64,000 bases of DNA from Clostridia bacterium (lineage in GTDB: Bacteria > Bacillota > Clostridia > UMGS1883), in contig JAZNSQ010000014.1 in assembly GCA_045591265.1 (NCBI GenBank), positions 1,310-65,309 on the forward strand, given 5' to 3'. The notes beneath the pieces are model-generated. The model saw only the letters and a program-made list of their open reading frames with translations, did no database searches and was not told the DNA's origin. Made by a program: the position numbers and the translations under genes. Of the stretch, positions 56,794 through 64,000 are shown one piece after another; position 1 is the first letter of the stretch; every line of letters starts with the position of its first letter.

Positions 56794-57708
56794 TTACTCC
56801 ACCTCCAAAAGCTTTAGAATAAGCGCCATACGGATGAATTTTCCGTTTCTTGCCTGCTTAAAATAGCACGCGCGCACATCTTCATCAACAAGAGTTGAAA
56901 TTTCGTTTACTCTTGGAAGAGGATGAAGGATCGTTAAGTCCTCTTTAGCATTTATAAGCTTATCCGTTGTAAGAATATAGCTGTCTTTTAAGCGAAGGTA
57001 ATCCTCTTCATTAAAAAACCTTTCACGCTGAACGCGAGTCATATAAAGTACGTCAAGCTTATCCATAACGCTTTCAAGGTCTTCTGTCTGGATATAGCTT
57101 ATATTTTTACTTTTAAGATGCGCTTCTTTTACATAGCGCGGAAGCTTTAACTCACTTGGCGAAATCATAACGAAATTTACGTTTTCGTACCTTGACATTG
57201 CCGCGATAAGCGAATGCACCGTTCTTCCAAACTTAAGGTCACCGCAAACGCCGATTGTAAGATTATCGAGTCTTCCTTTTTCACGCTTTATTGTAAGAAG
57301 GTCAGTAAGTGTCTGTGTTGGATGGTTATGCCCGCCGTCACCCGCATTTATAATGGGGACATCGCTTTTCATTGATGCGACAAGAGGCGCGCCCTCTTTA
57401 GGATGGCGCATCGCGATAATATCCGCGTAACCGCTTACCACGCTTACCGTGTCAGACACGCTTTCACCCTTTGCTGCGGAGCTTGACGCTGCTTCTGAAA
57501 AGCCTAAAATACTTCCGCCAAGCTCAAGCATTGCGCTTTCAAAGGAAAGGCGCGTTCTTGTAGACGGCTCAAAAAACAGTGTGGCAAGCTTCTTGTACTT
57601 ACATTTCTCACGATATTTTTCAGGATTTGCTATTATGTCATTAGCCTTTTTTATGAGATTGTCAATTTCTTCTACTGATAAATCTAAAATATCAATAAGA
57701 TTTCTCAT
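56794..57708 (-). CDS. pyrB: Aspartate carbamoyltransferase catalytic subunit.
   Basis: The carbamoyl-phosphate binding motif '[13 protein letters not shown]' and the 'HPLPR' motif are present. Confidence 0.9.
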   Translation of the reverse strand: MRNLIDILDLSVEEIDNLIKKANDIIANPEKYREKCKYKKLATLFFEPSTRTRLSFESAMLELGGSILGFSEAASSSAAKGESVSDTVSVVSGYADIIAMRHPKEGAPLVASMKSDVPIINAGDGGHNHPTQTLTDLLTIKREKGRLDNLTIGVCGDLKFGRTVHSLIAAMSRYENVNFVMISPSELKLPRYVKEAHLKSKNISYIQTEDLESVMDKLDVLYMTRVQRERFFNEEDYLRLKDSYILTTDKLINAKEDLTILHPLPRVNEISTLVDEDVRACYFKQARNGKFIRMALILKLLEVE

Positions 57709-57710
57709 TT

Positions 57711-58349
57711 TTATTCTCCTATCCAGCTTTCGTCTGACGGATTATTTCTGAATTTGATGAGGCGCTGTACGTCTTCTTTTTCTATATAGTTTTCTTCTGC
57801 CGCAACAGAGGCTATAACATCAAAGTTTGTAAGGCTTACGTTTTTCACGTTTGCCTCGCTTAATCTTTTAATTCCCTTTTCCATTCCGTAGGTAAAGATG
57901 CTAACTACTCCAAGCACTTCTGCACCTGCTTCGCGCAGTACATTTACAACCTCAATTACGCTTCCGCCTGTTGAAATAAGGTCTTCAACAACTACAACCT
58001 TTTGACCTTTTTCAAGCTTTCCTTCAATCTGGTTTCCGCGTCCGTGGTCCTTTGCACCGCTTCTTACATATCCCATCGGCATATCAAGAATGTGCGCTGT
58101 GATTGCAGCGTGTGCAATTCCTGCAGTTGATGTACCCATTAAAACCTCTGCCTCAGGGTATTCTTTTTTGATAGTTTCTGCAAGGGCGGTTTCAACATCT
58201 GTACGCACCTTGGGAGCAGTAAGTGTAAGGCGGTTATCGCAATACACCGGGCTTTTAATTCCGCTTGCCCAGATAAAAGGCTCATTCGGGCGGAAAAATA
58301 CTGCCTTTATTGAAAGTAAGTCTTTTGCAATTAATCTTTCTGTACTCAT
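57711..58349 (-). CDS. pyrE: Orotate phosphoribosyltransferase.
   Basis: The PRPP-binding motif is '[13 protein letters not shown]'. Confidence 0.9.
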   Translation of the reverse strand: MSTERLIAKDLLSIKAVFFRPNEPFIWASGIKSPVYCDNRLTLTAPKVRTDVETALAETIKKEYPEAEVLMGTSTAGIAHAAITAHILDMPMGYVRSGAKDHGRGNQIEGKLEKGQKVVVVEDLISTGGSVIEVVNVLREAGAEVLGVVSIFTYGMEKGIKRLSEANVKNVSLTNFDVIASVAAEENYIEKEDVQRLIKFRNNPSDESWIGE

Positions 58350-58363
58350 TTTTATCCTCCTGT

Positions 58364-59071
58364 TTAATCTACAAATTCACTTACGCATCTGCGATATGCA
58401 GCTACGGGGTCCTCCGCTGCGGTAATCGGTCTTCCTACAACTATGTAGTCAGAGCCGATTTCTTTTGCTTTAGCAGGTGTTGTAACACGTACCTGGTCGC
58501 CTATGTCTCCATCTGCAAAGCGAACTCCCGGAGTTATGGTTAAAAAGTCACTTCCGCAATTTGCGTGTACCTTGCCAGCCTCAAGCGGTGAGCAAACAAC
58601 GCCGTCAAGACCTGCTTTTTTAGCATTTTTCGCATAGTGAAGAACAACCTCATCAATCGGCTCTTTTATAAGAAGGTCATTTTCCATAATCTCCTGACTG
58701 GTTGAGGTAAGCTGTGTTACCGCGATAAGAAGGGGTCTTGTGCCGTCTGCGCGGGTAAGTCCTTTAATCGCAGCCTCCATCATTGGCACTCCTCCGCCTG
58801 CGTGAAGATTACACATATCAACATCAAGCTCTGAAAGAACCTTCATCGCTTTCATAACTGTATTTGGAATGTCGTGAAGCTTTAAATCCAAAAATATCTT
58901 ATGGCCTCTTTTTTTGATTTCACGAATAATCTCGGGACCTGCTCCGTAAAAAAGCTCCATCCCGATTTTCACATAAGGCTTTTCATCATGAAATTTGTCC
59001 AAAAAAGCTAAAACCTCTTTACCGTTTGGAAAGTCGCAAGCTATAATAACGTCTTTACCCATTGTGTGCAC
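58364..59071 (-). CDS. pyrF: Orotidine 5'-phosphate decarboxylase.
   Basis: The sequence 'DVIIACDF...KIGMELF...[12 protein letters not shown]' fits PyrF. The start may be the second ATG at 59062. Confidence 0.9.
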   Translation of the reverse strand: MHTMGKDVIIACDFPNGKEVLAFLDKFHDEKPYVKIGMELFYGAGPEIIREIKKRGHKIFLDLKLHDIPNTVMKAMKVLSELDVDMCNLHAGGGVPMMEAAIKGLTRADGTRPLLIAVTQLTSTSQEIMENDLLIKEPIDEVVLHYAKNAKKAGLDGVVCSPLEAGKVHANCGSDFLTITPGVRFADGDIGDQVRVTTPAKAKEIGSDYIVVGRPITAAEDPVAAYRRCVSEFVD

Positions 59072-59972
59072 CTCCGATAATACTTTTTAATGAATCTATG
59101 CCATACTTTTTCATTTCATTTGGCAAAGCTTCAATAATTTCCTTACATATATAGGGATTTACAAGGTTTGCCGCGCCGATTTGCACCGCGCTTGCGCCTG
59201 CCATCATCATTTCTATAACGTCTTTGGCAGAAGATACCCCACCCATTCCGATAATCGGAATTTTAACCGCGTCATAGACCTGATAAACCATTCTTACTGC
59301 AACAGGGAAAATCGCATCCCCTGAAAATCCGCCCATTTTATTTGCTATAACACATTTTCTTGTTTTTACGTCAATTCTCATACCGAGCAGGGTGTTTATA
59401 AGGCTTATCCCGTCTGCCCCTGCGCTTTCACACGCCTTTGCAATAGAAACTATATCTGTTACGTTGGGGCTTAATTTAACGTATACGGGTTTTTTAGTTA
59501 CCTCTTTTACCTTTTTTGTAACCTCATAAGCCATACTGGGGTCAGTGCCAAAGCTCATACCACCGTTGTGAACGTTGGGGCAGCTTATGTTAACCTCTAA
59601 AATGCCGACCTGGTCTTCTTTATCAAGCTTTTCGCAGACGCTTACGTATTCATCTATCGAAAATCCGCCCACGTTTGCGATAACCTTTTTATTAAAGCAT
59701 TCCTTAAGCTTGGGAAGCTCTTCTGCTATTACCTTTTCTACACCGGGATTTTGAAGGCCCACACTGTTTATCATTCCGTTTTTACATTCTGCAATTCTCG
59801 GTGTGGGGTTTCCAAAGCGAGGAGATAGAGTTGTTCCTTTAAAGGAAAATGTGCCGAGAATATTTATATCGTAAAAGGAATTAAATTCATATCCGTAGCC
59901 AAATGTTCCGCTTGCGGGGATTATGGGATTATCAAGCTCAAGCCCTGATAAATTTACCTTTGTATCTACCAT
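59055..59972 (-). CDS. pyrD: Dihydroorotate dehydrogenase, class 1B catalytic subunit.
   Basis: The sequence '[13 protein letters not shown]...NISCPN' is followed by a TIM-barrel FMN site. Confidence 0.9.
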   Translation of the reverse strand: MVDTKVNLSGLELDNPIIPASGTFGYGYEFNSFYDINILGTFSFKGTTLSPRFGNPTPRIAECKNGMINSVGLQNPGVEKVIAEELPKLKECFNKKVIANVGGFSIDEYVSVCEKLDKEDQVGILEVNISCPNVHNGGMSFGTDPSMAYEVTKKVKEVTKKPVYVKLSPNVTDIVSIAKACESAGADGISLINTLLGMRIDVKTRKCVIANKMGGFSGDAIFPVAVRMVYQVYDAVKIPIIGMGGVSSAKDVIEMMMAGASAVQIGAANLVNPYICKEIIEALPNEMKKYGIDSLKSIIGGAHNG

Positions 59973-60697
59973 ATGATTTCCTCCTTTTCAAGCACGGGTC
60001 CGTCTTTACAGATTCGTTTGTTACCATATTTTGTTTTGCAGGAGCAACCCATACAAGCGCCAAAGCCGCAACCCATTCTTTCTTCAAAGCTGAATTGCCC
60101 TGAAGTGTTTGACGCGTTATAAACTGCTTTAAGCATCATCTCGGGCCCGCAGGTGTAGATGTATGAGTAGGAAATGTCACCTAATGCATCTGTTACAAAG
60201 CCTTTTGTGCCATAGCTTCCGTCAACAGTTGTAACAAAAACCTTTGCGCCAAGCTTTTTAAATTCCTTTTCGTAAAAAACTTCATCTTTTGTGTTAAAGC
60301 CTAAAATTACAGTGGGAGTTTTGCCTTCTTTTATAAGCTTTTTGCAGAGGTTATAAAGCGGTGGAACACCTACACCGCCACCTATTAAGAGGGGATTATC
60401 CCCGCTTTTTGAGGTATCGTAGCCGTTACCAAGGCCCGTAAGGATATCAAGGCTTTCCCCTTTGGGAAGGCCCTTCATAACCTCTGTCCCGTCACCCACT
60501 ACCTTATAAATTAAAGTGAGAGTTTTTTTATCGTAATCGCAGACAGATATCGGTCTTCTTAAGAAAAACCCGTCAAGCTTAATATTTACAAACTGACCTG
60601 ACTTTGTGATAAACGTTGTGTCGCCCGAAAGCACCATACGCATAACATTTTTTGCAATTTTTTCATTCTTTTCTATTTTAAAAATGCTTTGCTTCAT
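59966..60697 (-). CDS. pyrK: Dihydroorotate dehydrogenase electron-transfer subunit (FAD/2Fe-2S).
   Basis: The C-terminal cluster is 'CGFGACMGCSCK' and the FAD-binding 'RRPIS' is present. Confidence 0.9.
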   Translation of the reverse strand: MKQSIFKIEKNEKIAKNVMRMVLSGDTTFITKSGQFVNIKLDGFFLRRPISVCDYDKKTLTLIYKVVGDGTEVMKGLPKGESLDILTGLGNGYDTSKSGDNPLLIGGGVGVPPLYNLCKKLIKEGKTPTVILGFNTKDEVFYEKEFKKLGAKVFVTTVDGSYGTKGFVTDALGDISYSYIYTCGPEMMLKAVYNASNTSGQFSFEERMGCGFGACMGCSCKTKYGNKRICKDGPVLEKEEIIW

Positions 60698-60707
60698 TTA
60701 ATTCACC

Positions 60708-63700
60708 TCAAGAATCTATTGTCGAAGTACAGATTGTTGTCTCCTCAAGCACGTCAAGCAGTACTGAAACGGTGTCAAGTGACGTGAAGATGTTTATGTT
60801 GTTCTCCGTTGCAAGAGAACGGATTTCGTGACCGTCATTAGTAGTTACATCTGAATTTCCGATATCACTTGTATTTATAATGTAGGCAATATGGCCCTGT
60901 CTTATTGCTTCGGGGATTTCATCACTTCCCTCACTTATTTTAGTGAGCGCGTGTGTGCGAATTCCGTTAGCCTTTAAGAATTCTGCCGTACCCTTTGTCG
61001 CCTGAATATTAAAGCCAAGGTTATAGAACCTTCTTATAAGGGGAAGCGCCTCCTCCTTATCGGGATTTGCGATTGTTGCCAGCACTGTGCCATAGTTCTG
61101 AAGCTTCATTCCTGATGCCTGAAGGGCCTTATACATAGCACGGTTGAGTTTATCATCATAGCCGATAACTTCACCTGTTGATTTCATTTCAGGCGAAAGA
61201 TACGCGTCAAGTCCGCGGATTTTGTTAAATGAGAATACGGGTACTTTTACGTATCTGCGCTTTTTCTCTTCAGGATAAAGGGCGAAAATTCCCTGTTCCT
61301 TAAGTGATTTTCCGAGTATTACCTCTGTTGCGATATCTGCGAGGCTGTAGCCCGTTGCCTTTGAAAGGAAGGGCACTGTTCTTGAAGAACGCGGATTTAC
61401 CTCGATGATATACACATTATCTTCCTTATCAACTATAAACTGAATGTTAAAGAGTCCCACAATTCCTATTCCAAGGCCAAGCTTTTTGGAATACTGTAAG
61501 ATTATGCCTTTAACCTTATCTGAAATGCTAAATGGCGGATATACACTTATTGAGTCACCGCTGTGGATACCGGTTCTTTCAATAAGCTCCATAATGCCCG
61601 GAACGAACACATCCTGCCCGTCACAAATCGCGTCTACCTCAACTTCTTTACCGATAATGTATTTATCTACCAAAACGGGCTTATCCTCGTCAATTTCAAC
61701 CGCTGTTTTAAGGTAGTGACGAAGCTTTTCCTCGTTAGGAACAATCTGCATCGCTCTTCCGCCGAGCACAAAGCTCGGGCGAACAAGCACGGGGTAGCCG
61801 ATTTCTTCAGCGGCGCGAACGCCGTCTTCTATATTTGTAACTGCCTTACCCTTGGGCTGGGGAATATCAAGCTCCTTTAAGATTTTTTCAAAGGAATCTC
61901 TGTTTTCTGCTCTTTCAATAGCGTCACAATCAGTACCGATTATTTTTACACCGCGATTGCGAAGCGGCTCTGCAAGGTTAATTGCAGTCTGTCCGCCAAG
62001 TGATGCAATAACACCCTCGGGTCTTTCAAGCTCAATAATATTCATTACATCCTCAGGAGTAAGAGGCTCAAAATAGAGCTTGTCTGCCGTTGTGTAGTCT
62101 GTTGAAACGGGTTCGGGGTTATTGTTTATAATAATAGCCTCATAGCCTGATTTTTTTATCGTTGTAACCGCGTGAACTGTTGAATAGTCAAACTCAACGC
62201 CCTGACCAATTCTTATCGGACCTGCGCCAAGCACCACTATTTTCTTTTTATCTGTAATAACAGTTTCGTTCTTTTGTCCGTATGTTGAGTAGAAATATGG
62301 AATGTAAGCGTTTGTGTGGCAGGTGTCAACCATTTTGTATACGGGGAAAAGTTTCTTTTCTTTTCTCATTTCGAACACATACATCTCGTCAACATTCCAG
62401 AGGCGAGCAATATACTTATCTGAAAAGCCCATTTTCTTAGCTTCCTTAAGTATATCAAAATTATCTTTGTTTTGCTTTACAACCTCTTCGAAATCTACAA
62501 TTCTTTTGATTGCCTCGAGGAAATACGAGGTAATTCTTGTAATTTCATGAAGCTTTTCTACAGTTACACCACGGCTTATAAGCTCCGCTATAGCATAGAG
62601 GCTGTCGTCATGGAAATCTTCAAGGTAGGTAAGCATATCCTCTGTTGACATATTGTCAAACTTTGACATATAAAGGTGGCAAACACCGATTTCGAGAGAA
62701 CGGATTGACTTTAACATACACTCTTCAAGAGTTGTACCAATACCCATAACCTCTCCCGTTGCTTTCATCTGTGTGCCGAGCTTGTTTGTTGCAGATGTAA
62801 ACTTATCAAATGGGAAACGCGGGAATTTTGCCACGATATAGTCAAGCCTTGGCTCGAATGCGGCAGTTGTGTTTGCAATCTCTATTTCGTCAAGCGTCAT
62901 ACCTACTGCAATTTTTGCAGTTACTCTTGCAATCGGGTATCCGCTTGCCTTTGATGCAAGTGCGCTTGAACGTGAAACGCGCGGGTTAACCTCTATAAGA
63001 TAGTATTCTGAAGATTCGGGGTTAAGTGCAAACTGTACGTTACATCCGCCTGAAATGTGAAGATTACGGATAAGCTTTATTGCACTGTCGTTGAGCATCT
63101 TAAGATCGTGGTCATTAAGAGTGAGGATGGGGGCAACCACCACACTGTCACCGGTATGAACGCCGACAGGGTCAATATTTTCCATCCCGCAGATGGTTAT
63201 TGCATTATCCTTTGAGTCACGCATAACCTCAAACTCAATTTCTTTGTATCCTTTTACGCTTTTTTCAATAAGCACCTGACTTACGGGCGAAAGCTTAAAT
63301 GCGTTTGTTCCGATTTCGATAAGCTCTTCCTCGTTGTAGGCAAATCCGCCACCGGTACCGCCAAGGGTAAATGCAGGGCGAAGTACAACGGGGTAGCCAA
63401 TTCTTTTTGCGGCTTCCTTCGCTTCATCAAGTGAATATGCGATTTCAGACGGAATTACGGGTTCTCCTATAGACTGACAAAGCTCTTTAAAAAGCTCGCG
63501 GTCTTCTGCACGGGCAATACTGTCACTGCTTGTACCAAGAAGTTCTACTCCGCATTCTTTTAATATTCCCTTTTCCTGAAGCTGCATAGCAAGGTTAAGA
63601 CCAGTTTGTCCGCCAATACCGGGAAGGATTGCATCGGGTCTTTCGTGGCGGAGTATTTTTGCCACGTATTCAAGAGTAAGAGGCTCCATATACACCTTAT

Positions 63701-63884
63701 CTGCAATTGTTGTATCTGTCATAATGGTTGCAGGGTTGGAGTTTACAAGCACAACCTCATACCCCTCTTCCTTAAGGGCAAGACACGCCTGCGTTCCGGC
63801 ATAGTCAAACTCTGCCGCCTGACCTATTACAATAGGGCCTGAACCTATAATAAGTATCTTTTTTAAATCCGTTCTTTTAGCCAT
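60708..63884 (-). CDS. carB: Carbamoyl-phosphate synthase large subunit.
   Basis: The N-terminus 'KILIIGSGPIVIGQAAEFDYAGTQA' is the first of duplicated ATP-grasp halves. The protein is 1058 aa with a C-terminal MGS-like domain. Confidence 0.95.
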   Translation of the reverse strand: MAKRTDLKKILIIGSGPIVIGQAAEFDYAGTQACLALKEEGYEVVLVNSNPATIMTDTTIADKVYMEPLTLEYVAKILRHERPDAILPGIGGQTGLNLAMQLQEKGILKECGVELLGTSSDSIARAEDRELFKELCQSIGEPVIPSEIAYSLDEAKEAAKRIGYPVVLRPAFTLGGTGGGFAYNEEELIEIGTNAFKLSPVSQVLIEKSVKGYKEIEFEVMRDSKDNAITICGMENIDPVGVHTGDSVVVAPILTLNDHDLKMLNDSAIKLIRNLHISGGCNVQFALNPESSEYYLIEVNPRVSRSSALASKASGYPIARVTAKIAVGMTLDEIEIANTTAAFEPRLDYIVAKFPRFPFDKFTSATNKLGTQMKATGEVMGIGTTLEECMLKSIRSLEIGVCHLYMSKFDNMSTEDMLTYLEDFHDDSLYAIAELISRGVTVEKLHEITRITSYFLEAIKRIVDFEEVVKQNKDNFDILKEAKKMGFSDKYIARLWNVDEMYVFEMRKEKKLFPVYKMVDTCHTNAYIPYFYSTYGQKNETVITDKKKIVVLGAGPIRIGQGVEFDYSTVHAVTTIKKSGYEAIIINNNPEPVSTDYTTADKLYFEPLTPEDVMNIIELERPEGVIASLGGQTAINLAEPLRNRGVKIIGTDCDAIERAENRDSFEKILKELDIPQPKGKAVTNIEDGVRAAEEIGYPVLVRPSFVLGGRAMQIVPNEEKLRHYLKTAVEIDEDKPVLVDKYIIGKEVEVDAICDGQDVFVPGIMELIERTGIHSGDSISVYPPFSISDKVKGIILQYSKKLGLGIGIVGLFNIQFIVDKEDNVYIIEVNPRSSRTVPFLSKATGYSLADIATEVILGKSLKEQGIFALYPEEKKRRYVKVPVFSFNKIRGLDAYLSPEMKSTGEVIGYDDKLNRAMYKALQASGMKLQNYGTVLATIANPDKEEALPLIRRFYNLGFNIQATKGTAEFLKANGIRTHALTKISEGSDEIPEAIRQGHIAYIINTSDIGNSDVTTNDGHEIRSLATENNINIFTSLDTVSVLLDVLEETTICTSTIDS

Positions 63885-64000
63885 TTATATTTCCTCCTTC
63901 ATATACTACCTTGCCATCTACAACTGTAAGAAGGCATTTTCCGTAAAGCTTTTTGCCCGTAAAGGGACTTGCTTTTCCCATTGATAAAAACTCTTCGGGG
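63877..64000 (-). CDS. pyrC: Dihydroorotase-like amidohydrolase, C-terminal 40 codons only (partial; it runs off the window).
   Basis: The translation '...PEEFLSMGKASPFTGKKLYGKCLLTVVDGKVVYEGGNING*' resembles a PyrC C-terminus as recalled from memory (no alignment run). Its stop overlaps the carB ATG. Confidence 0.5.
   Translation of the reverse strand, partial: PEEFLSMGKASPFTGKKLYGKCLLTVVDGKVVYEGGNING

Overview
This is a low-GC Firmicutes (Clostridia-like, spore-forming) chromosomal segment, annotated from sequence alone with no searches run. Sporulation-associated genes (sigG, ricT/yaaT) support the spore-former call.

About 1-12.9 kb is a single minus-strand bacterial-microcompartment (BMC) operon of the glycyl-radical-enzyme type, resembling the fucose/rhamnose 'GRM5' class. 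In transcription order it encodes a glycyl radical enzyme, its activating enzyme, PduU- and PduV-like proteins, a class II aldolase, a Zn-dependent alcohol dehydrogenase, two BMC-H shell proteins, a BMC-P vertex protein, a PduS-like reductase, a BMC-T shell protein, a CoA-acylating aldehyde dehydrogenase, two more BMC-H proteins, a PduL phosphotransacylase and a DeoR regulator.

The rest of the window is housekeeping: tsaE-tsaB-rpiB-nrdR, an acyl-CoA synthetase, an M23 peptidase, sigG, pgi, galE, ptsI-ptsH, tRNA-fMet, a four-gene glycan-modification cluster, hpf, radC, yqeY, trmK, nif3, RNase P RNA, ricT-holB, murJ, uvrC, mgtE, mltG, capD-like, glyA, ispG-polC and a pyr operon (pyrC'-carB-pyrK-pyrD-pyrF-pyrE-pyrB-pyrI).

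The observations most worth a second look are:
- **PolC without proofreading:** the polC gene in the conserved ispG-polC position lacks the entire 3'-5' exonuclease domain.
- **Inverted-repeat element:** a ~440-bp highly structured non-coding element bounded by 27-nt inverted repeats, wedged between the M23 peptidase terminator and the sigG stop codon.
- **tRNA duplication:** a 42-nt direct duplication of the tRNA-fMet 3' half, 203 bp downstream of the intact gene, with a GC-rich insert between, next to a glycan gene island.
- **BMC enzyme oddities:** a Zn-dependent alcohol dehydrogenase whose N-terminal encapsulation peptide closely matches that of the aldehyde dehydrogenase, and an aldolase with a CxxCxxC-containing C-terminal tail.
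- **mgtE leader:** a riboswitch-like leader with an intrinsic terminator upstream of mgtE.
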